Assembly (NCBI GenBank): GCA_034506395.1
Contig: JAPDPQ010000002.1
Span: 52,255-116,254 of the forward strand
Source: Candidatus Zhuqueibacterota bacterium
Lineage (GTDB): Bacteria; Zhuqueibacterota; Zhuqueibacteria; Thermofontimicrobiales; Thermofontimicrobiaceae
Direction: 5' to 3'
Length of the DNA: 64,000 bases
Part shown: positions 1 through 9,049 of the stretch, in pieces
Position numbering within the stretch: position 1 is the stretch's first letter
Layout of the letters: each line of letters opens with the position of its first letter
The notes under the pieces: generated by a model
Told to the model about the DNA's origin: nothing
The model's database searches: none
Seen by the model: only the letters and a program-made list of their open reading frames with translations
Position numbers and translations under genes: made by a program

Positions 1-3000
1 GGTGGAATGGTGAAAAGAACCAATGGGAAACGACCGCTTTCTCGAACAAATTTGCATTGACCGCTGATTATAAGCTCTATTCTTTGACATTTACCACGCT
101 GAATGCCGGCGATGAATATCGGGTGATATTCGAAACGTATGCTGGTCAGACCGCTCACAGCGTTCGCATTGATGATGTGTCACTAAGTCTGAAAGCGACT
201 GGCACAACTGCCAAGGCATTGCCTGGTTCGCCAGTCAATTTCAATGCGACAGCGGGCGTAGTCACCTCGCTGCAATCAAAGACGCCCATCAACCTCAATG
301 GCTCGGCTGGCGTTCCGTTGGATGATACCTTGGCGGTTTACGTTAAGGACAATTACGGCAACCCAGTGGGTGGGTACCCAGTGACCTTCTCATCGACCAG
401 CGGCGATAATCCTGGCACGTTCAATGGTCACACGTTCAAGGAGGTTGTCGCGAACACGGATAGCAGAGGGATTGCACAAGCGATCTTTTATCCAGGGAAT
501 AAACCTGGGGTAGCATCGATTGCCAAAGCGATCGCCACTGGCCTGACTGGCTCGCCGATTACCTACACGGTTCAAGTGGCCGAACTGACAGAATTAAAAT
601 ATGTAGATGGCAATAATCAAACTGGCACAGTAGGCACGGCACTGCCCAAACCGCTGATTGTTAAAGTGGTGGATCAGCGCGGCAAGGCGATCCCTTATGT
701 CGACGTCACTTTCAAAGTTGTTCAAGGCAAGGGCAAGGTGAATAGCGACTCTGTTGTGGTTGTAAAAACGGATACCAGTACTTATCAAGCGCAAGTGATT
801 TTCACCTTGGGGCCGACGCCTGGCACCAATAACCATGTTGTCGAAGCCAGTGCCAGTTACAAAGGCAAAGCGTTAACTGGGTCGCCAGTTCGATTCACAG
901 CGTCAGCAACGATTGGCGGAGCCAATGAGTTGGTGGAAGTCAGCGGTAATTATCAACGGACTGTGGTCGGAAGCCCGCTGGAGAACCCGCTGGTGGTAAT
1001 GGTGGGAGATGTGTACCGGAACCCAATCTCTGGCCATCCTGTGACTTTCACGGTCAAGAGTGGCGGGGGTTTTCTGGACGGTGATTCCACGAAGAAGACC
1101 GTGACCAAGAACACGGACAAAGACGGGAAAGCCCAGGTCGTATTAACGGTAGGTCGCGTTTCTGGTCAAAACAACAACACGGTAGAGGTGGTTGCTTATA
1201 AGCCTGGGACTCAGACGCATTTGACCAATTCGCCGATGACGTTTTATGCTTCAGGCACCCATAGTGCTGCCCATACGCTGGAGACGGTTTCCGGTGCTAA
1301 CCAACCACGGAGCCCGGTACGACAAGCGTTAGCCCAGCCATTCGTTGTTAAAGTGAAAGATCGCAATGGCAACCCTGTCTCGGATCATCCTGTGCAATGG
1401 GAGGTTGTCCAAGGCGGTGGTACCTTCGATGGCCTAACAGATTCGGTGAAGACCGTGAATACCAATGCCAATGGACTATCGCAGGTGTATTACTATCCGG
1501 GTCCGGTCGCTGGGCTGCAAAATGTAGTCAGGGCACGATCGTGGAATCAGGTGGAGCTCAATGGTTCACCGCGAACCTTTGTGGTCGAAACCAAGGAAGG
1601 TGCGGTGAGCGCCAAAAATTCGGTGGTCAGTGCCACCAGCCCGGTTCCAGCCGATGGTGAAACGAAATCGACCATTACGGTGATCCTGCAGGACGATTGG
1701 GGCAACAAGATCTCCAATAAAGTGGTAGGATTTCTGAGCGTCACTGGAAGCAACAATGTCCAATCCGGGTTCTTTGATCCCACTGATGCCACTGGGAAGG
1801 CGTTGGGCTATCTGGCTTCGAAGAAGGCTGAGGTCAAAGTCGTCAGAATCCGTGACATTACTGATGGCATCAATCTGGAGGATACAGCGTCAGTGAGATT
1901 TACGCCATTGGCCGCACATAGTATCGGTTACGTTTCTGGCACGGACCAAATCGCTAATTTCGGAACCGCGGTAAAAGATCCCATCAAAGCGGTGGTTCTG
2001 GATGTGAATGGCAATCCCATCCAGGGTCATCCGGTGAAGTTTGAGGTTTATGAGGGCGGTGGTTATATTTGGGAGCATCAACAGTTGAAGCAGCCCTTTA
2101 TCTATACGGATCAGAATGGCATTGCTGCTGCCAATTGGGTATTGGGTCCATCGATCGAGGTGAACCGCGCCAAGGCGGTGGCAGAGGGATTAGCTGGTTC
2201 AGGGAACGTCCGTTATATCGCGACTGGACGCAGCAATACTGCCTCAGCTTTGAAAAAGGTGAGCGGTGATTTGCAGACTGGGACGGCTGGTCTGCCATTG
2301 GACAAACCGCTGGTGGTGAAGGTGGTGGACAAGAATAATGACCCCATTTTTGATCATCCAGTGAAATTCAATGTGGAATTTGGTGGAGGCAATTTCAGCG
2401 GAGAACCATCGCTGATCGTTCGTTCTAACCCATTTGGTGAGGCAATTGCCGTATTTACGCTTGGCAAACAGGCAGGGTCAAACGTCGCCTCGGCCAGCGC
2501 GCCAGGATTGACAGGCTCACCCCAGGGATTTACTGCCCAAGGAGTTGCTGGAAAAGCGGCCAAGATCGTCAAATGGGCTGGTGAAGGCAAGACCGGTCCC
2601 GTGGGTGGTCGTATCAGCGGGATTCAAGTGAAAGTCACCGATATTTTCGATAATGCAGTAGCTGGATACACGGTGAATTTCGCAATCAATAAAGGGGATG
2701 CCACGATTAGCGGTCCCAGTGCGATCGCCAGCGGCCCAGATGGGATTGCCTCGTTGACGATCAACGTGGGCACGACCATGGGCGAGATCGAAATCATCGC
2801 TGCGGCTCCAGGTTTGATCGGAGACGGGCTGATCATCAAGGTCTATGCGGTCGCCGCTGCCGCTGTTGAGATGAAGGAGTATGCTGGCAACAACCAGCAA
2901 GGGACGATTGAGCGAGAATTGGTCTATCCGCTCTCAGTGGTGGTGCTGGATCAATATGGCAATCCTGCTGGCGGCCAAAATATTCCCATCTCGTTTGTGA

Positions 3001-4298
3001 TGATCGAAGGGAATGGTGTGGTGCTGGATCGCACAGTTTATAGCAATGAGAATGGCGTTGCTTCTGCGCGATTTCAATTGGGGAATATGACTGGTACCAG
3101 CTATAAGGTATGGGCGATCAACAATGGTCTGAAGGGATCACCAATCGAGTTCAAAGCCACTGGTGTCACCAACAAATTCCCGTTGTTCGATCCGATTCCA
3201 ACCGCAACAATCCGGGAAAATCAAAATATCAATTTTAAGGTCAATGCCACCGATGGCGATAACGATGCGATTCGGTATGGGATCCGAAACCTGCCGCAGG
3301 GTGCCATGTTTGATTCGTTAGGAAGTCGGCAGTTTAACTGGACACCCAACTATTTCCAGGCTGGTAAACATGTGATTCATTTCATGGCCTGGGATAACAA
3401 AGGCGGTTTCGACGACGAACCGGTGACGATCATCGTGGAAAACGTCAATCGTCCCCCGCAAATCACTTATTATGAGCCCATCAGCATCAATTTAGTCGGC
3501 CACAAAAATATCGGAGAGACGTTCCGATTCCTGGTCCAGGTGAGCGATCCTGATTACGATCCGATCAGCTATTCCTGGTACGATAATAACGTGTTCGTCA
3601 GCGCGAAGAGTAACTACGATTTCTATGTCGCGGATAATATCGTTGGCAGCCATCAAATTAAAGTTGTTGTGTCAGATGGTTACGACACGGTGGAGCGCAG
3701 TTGGGCGCTGTATGTGAAAACACCGGTTCAATTGGCAAGTTTCTCGGGTCGCGTGACGGATCGGCATGTCGTGGAATTGGAGTGGGAAACTACGGTTGAA
3801 GTGGCCCATGCCGGATTCAACTTGTTACGAAAGTCGGCCTCGGATCGGGACTATCAACAGATCAATTTGCAGTTGATCAAATCTGATGGGACCAAGAAAT
3901 ATCGTTATGTGGATCGGTCCATCGAGGTGGGTGAAACCTACTCTTATAAACTGGAAGACGTCTCCATTAGTGGAGAAAAAACGCAACATGATCCCATTAC
4001 CGTGATGGTTGAACGGCCGAAATCATTCAAATTGGCCCAAAATTATCCTAATCCATTCAATCCCAGCACAATGATCGAATACCAACTACCAGAGCAGACT
4101 CATGTAACGATCGTGATTTATAACATGCTGGGGCAGGAGGTGAGGTCATTGGTGGATGAAATAAAGCCCGCCGGCTATCATTCAGTGATTTGGAATGGTC
4201 TGGATAATTCGGGTGGCATGGTGACTTCGGGCGTATATTATTATCGCATGACCACACCGTCTTTTAATGAAGTGAAGAAGATGGTGCTTGTAAGATAA
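1..4298 (+). CDS. 5'-truncated giant T9SS-secreted adhesin-like protein. It has about nine tandem Big_1 (invasin/intimin-type) Ig-like repeats, two cadherin-like/putative-Ig (He_PIG-like) domains, an FN3-like module and a T9SS C-terminal sorting domain.
   Basis: Reading frame 3 is open from the first base of the window, and the listed TTG at 57 is internal. Repeated ~90-aa units show the Big_1 signature ('..VKDNYGNPVGGYPVTFS.TSG..', 'LTGSPITYT', 'GSPVRFTA', 'GHPVKFEV'). The segment 'DPIPTATIRENQNINFKVNATDGDNDAIRYGI..LPQGAMFD' is cadherin/He_PIG-like. The C-terminus 'FKLAQNYPNPFNPSTMIEYQLPEQTHVTIVIYNMLGQEV…SGVYYYRM' matches the Por_Secre_tail / TIGR04183 CTD. Confidence 0.8.
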   Translation, partial: WNGEKNQWETTAFSNKFALTADYKLYSLTFTTLNAGDEYRVIFETYAGQTAHSVRIDDVSLSLKATGTTAKALPGSPVNFNATAGVVTSLQSKTPINLNGSAGVPLDDTLAVYVKDNYGNPVGGYPVTFSSTSGDNPGTFNGHTFKEVVANTDSRGIAQAIFYPGNKPGVASIAKAIATGLTGSPITYTVQVAELTELKYVDGNNQTGTVGTALPKPLIVKVVDQRGKAIPYVDVTFKVVQGKGKVNSDSVVVVKTDTSTYQAQVIFTLGPTPGTNNHVVEASASYKGKALTGSPVRFTASATIGGANELVEVSGNYQRTVVGSPLENPLVVMVGDVYRNPISGHPVTFTVKSGGGFLDGDSTKKTVTKNTDKDGKAQVVLTVGRVSGQNNNTVEVVAYKPGTQTHLTNSPMTFYASGTHSAAHTLETVSGANQPRSPVRQALAQPFVVKVKDRNGNPVSDHPVQWEVVQGGGTFDGLTDSVKTVNTNANGLSQVYYYPGPVAGLQNVVRARSWNQVELNGSPRTFVVETKEGAVSAKNSVVSATSPVPADGETKSTITVILQDDWGNKISNKVVGFLSVTGSNNVQSGFFDPTDATGKALGYLASKKAEVKVVRIRDITDGINLEDTASVRFTPLAAHSIGYVSGTDQIANFGTAVKDPIKAVVLDVNGNPIQGHPVKFEVYEGGGYIWEHQQLKQPFIYTDQNGIAAANWVLGPSIEVNRAKAVAEGLAGSGNVRYIATGRSNTASALKKVSGDLQTGTAGLPLDKPLVVKVVDKNNDPIFDHPVKFNVEFGGGNFSGEPSLIVRSNPFGEAIAVFTLGKQAGSNVASASAPGLTGSPQGFTAQGVAGKAAKIVKWAGEGKTGPVGGRISGIQVKVTDIFDNAVAGYTVNFAINKGDATISGPSAIASGPDGIASLTINVGTTMGEIEIIAAAPGLIGDGLIIKVYAVAAAAVEMKEYAGNNQQGTIERELVYPLSVVVLDQYGNPAGGQNIPISFVMIEGNGVVLDRTVYSNENGVASARFQLGNMTGTSYKVWAINNGLKGSPIEFKATGVTNKFPLFDPIPTATIRENQNINFKVNATDGDNDAIRYGIRNLPQGAMFDSLGSRQFNWTPNYFQAGKHVIHFMAWDNKGGFDDEPVTIIVENVNRPPQITYYEPISINLVGHKNIGETFRFLVQVSDPDYDPISYSWYDNNVFVSAKSNYDFYVADNIVGSHQIKVVVSDGYDTVERSWALYVKTPVQLASFSGRVTDRHVVELEWETTVEVAHAGFNLLRKSASDRDYQQINLQLIKSDGTKKYRYVDRSIEVGETYSYKLEDVSISGEKTQHDPITVMVERPKSFKLAQNYPNPFNPSTMIEYQLPEQTHVTIVIYNMLGQEVRSLVDEIKPAGYHSVIWNGLDNSGGMVTSGVYYYRMTTPSFNEVKKMVLVR

Positions 4299-4510
4299 TT
4301 GATATTAAATCGCCTCGGCCATGATCTCCTTTTGCGCCATCGGAACAGAAGCTTATTGGAACGACATGCCTAAAGCAAGTGTCGGGGCGATTTTGAATAC
4401 GATCTGAAATGATTTATTTCCTCCGGTCGGATATGAGACTATTCTTGCCCAGCCGGAGGAAGTTTATTTTGAGCAAGTTCCTTAGGGGAAAATTGAGAAA
4501 GGCAGAAGTA

Positions 4511-5974
4511 ATGCAAGGAGAAATGACGAATTACAAAAGGATCTTGCTGGTCAATCCAGCGATCGACAAAGAGAAGAAATATGGCAAATTGGTCAGCATG
4601 ATGTTGACTCCATCGGTGCCATTGAGCATCGTTTTTTTGGGTACTTTTTTAGAAAGCCAGGGATACGAAGTCAGGCTATTTGATGAGCAGATCGAATGGC
4701 TGGATGAGCAACGCATTCAGGCGCTGGTGAATGAGTTTCACCCTGGCGTGATCGGTTTCACTTGTACCACCCCGGGGATGGCGCGCGCCCATGAGATCGC
4801 AGCCGATATTAAAAAGGTCAATCCAGAAATCAAAGTCGTGATGGGAAACATTCATCCGACTGTCCTGCCCGAGGAGACGCTTCGGGATGTCAATGTGGAT
4901 TTAGTGGTGCGCGGTGAGGGCGAGTTTACCATGCTGGAATATTTGCAAGCATTGGAGCATAAGGGGGACATCAGCAAAATAGATGGCATCTCGTATCGAC
5001 TCAATGGAGGGTATTATCATACTGGACAACGCGCCTATGAGAAAGATCTGGATGTATTTCCACCAGTCAATTGGAAGCTGTTGACGGATTTTCACAGCAG
5101 TTATGTGATCGAATGGATTCTCACGTCACGAGGCTGTCCGTACAAGTGCGTTTTTTGCTCAGCGCGCAGCATCTCCGGGTACAAATATCGCTTTAATAGT
5201 CCGCAGCGGGTGATCCACGAAGTGGATAATGTGGTCAATAATTATGGGGCAAGATTCTTCAGCTTCGCTGATGATAACTTTGTGGTGAAAAAAGATCGAG
5301 CCCGCCAAATTTGCAACCTGCTGATCGAGCGCGGCTATCATAAATATACCAAATGGTTGTGCCAGACCCGCGCAGATGCGGTGGATCAGCCCCTGCTGGA
5401 GCTAATGCGGGAGGCCGGCTGTGAATATATCAGCTTTGGCATCGAGACAGGCACACAGCGGCTATTGGATTTGATCGGGAAAAGCTTAAAGATCGAAACA
5501 ATCGAAAAAGCAGTGAATCTGGCGCATCAAGTGGGTATCAAGACGCGGGGATCGTTTATGCTCGGGTTGCCCACAGAGACGCGTGAGGAATCGCTGGCGA
5601 CCATTGACTTTGCACTTCGGCTGCCGCTCGATATTGCTAAATTCAATCTTGCAGTGCCATATCCGGGCACCGAATTGTTGAACATGGCCATTGCAGAGGG
5701 GCTTCAGGTAACCGGCGATTGGTCGAAAATCAATACCGCGGCTGGGCTGAGCGATACGCAAGCGTTCTATATCCCCAAAGGCCGCACCATGGCCGAACTG
5801 GCCAAACTGCAGAAGATGGCCCATGCCAAATTTTATCTGCGACCAAAGCAGATCTGGCGTATCCTCAAACGTGAGAATATCGATTTCAATCTGCCAAAAA
5901 TCAGATCGCCACGTCAATTCTTCGAGCTTATGGGGGCAGCCGCCGAATTTCTGGTGCATACCATCAAAAAATAA
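4511..5974 (+). CDS. B12-binding-domain radical SAM protein (class B radical-SAM family).
   Basis: The N-terminal 'KRILLVNP…' segment is a Rossmann-like B12-binding domain. The radical-SAM cysteine triad CxxxCxxC is present ('SRGCPYKCVFCSA'), followed by a long TIM-barrel-like region. The ORF opens at 4409, but the ATGs at 4511 and 4523 (after AAGGAG) are more plausible starts. Confidence 0.75.
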   Translation: MQGEMTNYKRILLVNPAIDKEKKYGKLVSMMLTPSVPLSIVFLGTFLESQGYEVRLFDEQIEWLDEQRIQALVNEFHPGVIGFTCTTPGMARAHEIAADIKKVNPEIKVVMGNIHPTVLPEETLRDVNVDLVVRGEGEFTMLEYLQALEHKGDISKIDGISYRLNGGYYHTGQRAYEKDLDVFPPVNWKLLTDFHSSYVIEWILTSRGCPYKCVFCSARSISGYKYRFNSPQRVIHEVDNVVNNYGARFFSFADDNFVVKKDRARQICNLLIERGYHKYTKWLCQTRADAVDQPLLELMREAGCEYISFGIETGTQRLLDLIGKSLKIETIEKAVNLAHQVGIKTRGSFMLGLPTETREESLATIDFALRLPLDIAKFNLAVPYPGTELLNMAIAEGLQVTGDWSKINTAAGLSDTQAFYIPKGRTMAELAKLQKMAHAKFYLRPKQIWRILKRENIDFNLPKIRSPRQFFELMGAAAEFLVHTIKK

Positions 5975-6379
5975 CTGGCTTCTCCCTCCGCAGCCTCGAC
6001 TATTTGATCGTATGTTAGGCAGTTAAGCCAACCGGCAGAAACCATATTCACCGCTGGGTGATCCGCTCTCATGATCGGATCGGTCTTGATCTACCGAGAG
6101 GTGGGAGTCGTATTCGATCGAAACAACAATCATTGAAGTTTGCTGGTTTCGCCGCCGCGGAGTAGCGGATCATGCAGAGTAAATTCGGTCAGGAAGCGAG
6201 ACACGCTTGCGGGGGATGCTGCGTCAATTTTAACAGGCTGTCCGAAAACTTTCGGATGTTAGGATAAAAACCAGCAACCAAATCAATACGGCCGAACGGA
6301 GAGCGGTTGGAAAAGTAGAATCGCCCTTTGCTACAAGAATGAGATGAATCAGTGATAGTTAAATTTTGTGGGGAGCATT

Positions 6380-9037
6380 ATGAAACGCTGCAGAGTAATT
6401 GGCATTGCTTTGAGCTGGTTGCTCAGTTGGTCGATGATGATATTCGGTCAAACGGAACCAATTGATTCAAATTCTGGGAGCATGATCCCAGTAGCATCAT
6501 TTTATGGTCGGGAATACATTGAGCGGATCGGCTACGCGGTGGCCGGAGCTGGAGATGTTAATGGGGATGGATTTGACGACTTTTTGATTGGCACCTTTCA
6601 CAACGCTGTGATGGGAGCCGACGCAGGGGCCGTTTATCTATTTTTGGGTCACCGCTATCTCCGCTGGACAATGAACGATACCGTCAATCATGCAGATGCT
6701 CGGCTGTTGGGCCAGCAAGCATATGATGCGGCTGGGTATTCGGTGGCTTGTAACGGCGACCTGAACGGCGATGGTCTGGACGATATGATCATCGGCGCTC
6801 CGGCTGGCAATGATAAGGTGCCTTATATGCCTGGACGGGTTTATATTTTGTTCGGCCGCAAAAAAGCCAATTGGGGCTATTATTTCCGCTTGTATGACAA
6901 TTGCGATGCGATTTATGAGGGCGAAGGCAATCAAGACCTCGCTGGTTTATCAGTAGCCTATATTGGCGATTTGAATGGTGATGGATATGATGATTTTTTG
7001 GTTGGTGCACCATTTCGTAATGGGAAGTATGTGGATCAGGGCCAGGTGTACCTCATTTTAGGGCGAGCCACGCCATGGCTTAAGACGGATTATTTAGCCT
7101 ACGCAGATGCGACATTTATTTACGAGGTAAGCAGTGCTAAAACTGGTTACTCAGTGGCGGGAATTGGAGATGTGAATGTCGATGGGATCCCAGATTTCGC
7201 AATAGGCGCTTATGGAGCCAGTCACGTGTTTGTCCTGTATGGACGACCCAAAGTCAATTGGGGGAAAAATTTTGATCTGGAAAATGCAGATGTGATAATC
7301 TATGGCGAGAACCGATGGTCGAAGGAAGGTGTGGGTTGGCGGGTAGCGGGGGGCAGTGATGTCAATGGCGATGGCATCTCCGATCTGTTGATCTCGGCCA
7401 CGCAAAATAGCGATCACGGAACTCGCTCTGGAATGGTCTATGTGTTGTTCGGCAAGAGAGGCGGCTGGGGCGTCTCGGAGATCTCTCTCAATAACGCCGA
7501 TGCCTCATATTATGGTGAGCAACCAGGCGACCAAGCCGGATGGGGATTGGCGATGGCCGGGGATGTCAATGGTGATGGTTTCGGCGATATCCTGGTTGGG
7601 ACTTATAAAGATGAAAATGGCCCAGTTAATGGTAAAGCCTATCTCATCAAAGGAAAAGCCTCTGGCTGGCAAAGAGATGTTTCCTTGACTACTGTGCCAG
7701 ATTTTTGTGAGCGAAGTCCTGAGGGCATTGGGTATGCGGTCGCTTCGGCCGGCGATTTTGACGCGGATGGCCTCGCCGATTATGTGATTAGCGCGCCGTT
7801 CAACAGCGACATACAAAAATGGAACGGCAAGGTATATCTGTTCACCAGCCAGGAGGTGCCCTATGAAATTTCAGGACAGGTGACCTATCATCGAACTGGC
7901 CAACCCATTCCTCAAGTGATGGTGAAATTGGATACGCTTGCTGTTGCCGCTGATACCACCGATGGACTGGGTCGCTATCAAATTTTAGTGCGCGGCAAGC
8001 ACGATCACACCGTTGCCATGGAAAAACTGATCAGAAGCGATCTGGGATCAGCCGTCAGCGCTTATGATGCGGCGTTGATCGCTCAAATGGCAGTGAAATT
8101 GTCTGTGCCCGATACCATCCATCGCGAAGCTGGTGATGTGAATAACGATGGCAAGGTCAGTATGTACGATGCCGCAAACACACTCCGCTGCGCCGTGCAA
8201 TTACCAGCATTGCCGAACACTTATGCTGGCCAATGGGTTTTTACCCCTTCCAGCATGACTTATGATTCCGTTACCCACCATTATTCAAACCAGAACTACG
8301 TTGGTTTTGTTAGAGGTGATGTGGACGGCAACTGGCGGGCGCCTGGCTCTGGGTTGGCAAAAAGCGAAGATGGTAGCACGGGGCTGCAATTTCAGGCTGT
8401 TGTCAATGGCGATGAGCTTCGGTTGCCCATAGAATTAAATTTCGATTTCTCCATGATCTCTTTCGATCTCCACATCAGCTATCCCCAAGCATTCTTAAAA
8501 TTGAAGGCGGTTGAACCTTCAACAAAGATCGCTAATTTTCAATTAGCTGTCAATTCTGAACTCAGCGGACAGGTGAAGGCGGCTGGCTTTGGCCTACAAT
8601 CTATTGTTGCCCATGGGCCTATTTTGGTTTTCGTTTTTGAAACGATCAAGCCGATCGATAACGCTTGCCAGCTTCAGATCGATCATTTTGCAGTGAATCA
8701 GCAATGTTTCGCTGCGAGGGTAAAGTTGGCGGGTGCTGAACCCTTATCTAATTTGCCGCAACGGTTCGAGCTCCTTCAAAATTATCCCAATCCCTTCAAT
8801 GGCACAACTCTCATACGATTTGCGGTTCCGCATACTGGTAAGATTCGATTGACCATTTATAATTTGCTTGGAGAAGAAGTGAATACACTGATCGATGAGA
8901 CGGTAGCGCCAGGCAAATATCATGTGAATTGGGATGGAAAAAATAGAAATGGAGCCGCTGTTGCCTCAGGAATTTACATTGCGAGAATGGACCATCCATC
9001 AGGATCGGAGCAGATTAAGCTCATCTATATGCAATAG
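6380..9037 (+). CDS. FG-GAP-repeat (integrin-alpha-like beta-propeller) T9SS cargo protein, paralog A. It has a signal peptide, about 7 FG-GAP blades, a CarboxypepD_reg-like domain, a dockerin-like double EF-hand, an internal cohesin-like module and a T9SS CTD.
   Basis: GGGGAG lies 4 nt upstream of the ATG at 6380, and the signal peptide is 'MKRCRVIGIALSWLLSWSMMIFGQ'. FG-GAP Ca-loop motifs recur ('GDVNGDGFDDFLIG', 'GDLNGDGLDDMIIGAP', 'GDVNVDGIPDFAIGA'…). The dockerin-like segment is 'SAYDAALIAQMAVKLS…GDVNNDGKVSMYDAANTLRCAVQL' (~8050-8215). The cohesin-like module 'LRLPIELNFDFSMISFDLHISYP…GQVKAAGFG…ILVFVFETIKPID' lies at ~8390-8740. The CTD is 'FELLQNYPNPFNGTTLIRFAVP…IYNLLGEEV'. Confidence 0.85.
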   Translation: MKRCRVIGIALSWLLSWSMMIFGQTEPIDSNSGSMIPVASFYGREYIERIGYAVAGAGDVNGDGFDDFLIGTFHNAVMGADAGAVYLFLGHRYLRWTMNDTVNHADARLLGQQAYDAAGYSVACNGDLNGDGLDDMIIGAPAGNDKVPYMPGRVYILFGRKKANWGYYFRLYDNCDAIYEGEGNQDLAGLSVAYIGDLNGDGYDDFLVGAPFRNGKYVDQGQVYLILGRATPWLKTDYLAYADATFIYEVSSAKTGYSVAGIGDVNVDGIPDFAIGAYGASHVFVLYGRPKVNWGKNFDLENADVIIYGENRWSKEGVGWRVAGGSDVNGDGISDLLISATQNSDHGTRSGMVYVLFGKRGGWGVSEISLNNADASYYGEQPGDQAGWGLAMAGDVNGDGFGDILVGTYKDENGPVNGKAYLIKGKASGWQRDVSLTTVPDFCERSPEGIGYAVASAGDFDADGLADYVISAPFNSDIQKWNGKVYLFTSQEVPYEISGQVTYHRTGQPIPQVMVKLDTLAVAADTTDGLGRYQILVRGKHDHTVAMEKLIRSDLGSAVSAYDAALIAQMAVKLSVPDTIHREAGDVNNDGKVSMYDAANTLRCAVQLPALPNTYAGQWVFTPSSMTYDSVTHHYSNQNYVGFVRGDVDGNWRAPGSGLAKSEDGSTGLQFQAVVNGDELRLPIELNFDFSMISFDLHISYPQAFLKLKAVEPSTKIANFQLAVNSELSGQVKAAGFGLQSIVAHGPILVFVFETIKPIDNACQLQIDHFAVNQQCFAARVKLAGAEPLSNLPQRFELLQNYPNPFNGTTLIRFAVPHTGKIRLTIYNLLGEEVNTLIDETVAPGKYHVNWDGKNRNGAAVASGIYIARMDHPSGSEQIKLIYMQ

Positions 9038-9049
9038 GGGGAGTAATTC

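Noticed and set aside
5486-5959. 157-aa minus-strand ORF inside the radical-SAM gene.
   Set aside because: Antisense shadow ORF. The sense frame carries CxxxCxxC and domain structure.
8050-8215. Considered calling the 'dockerin-like' segments thrombospondin-type-3 or generic EF-hand Ca loops instead.
   Set aside because: This is not fully rejected. However, each segment has an upstream 'AYDAAL' helix plus the loop-helix 'D.N.DG.I…DAA.IARY', and adjacent cohesin-like modules recur in all seven genes. Together these make the dockerin interpretation more parsimonious. It is flagged as inference in the findings.
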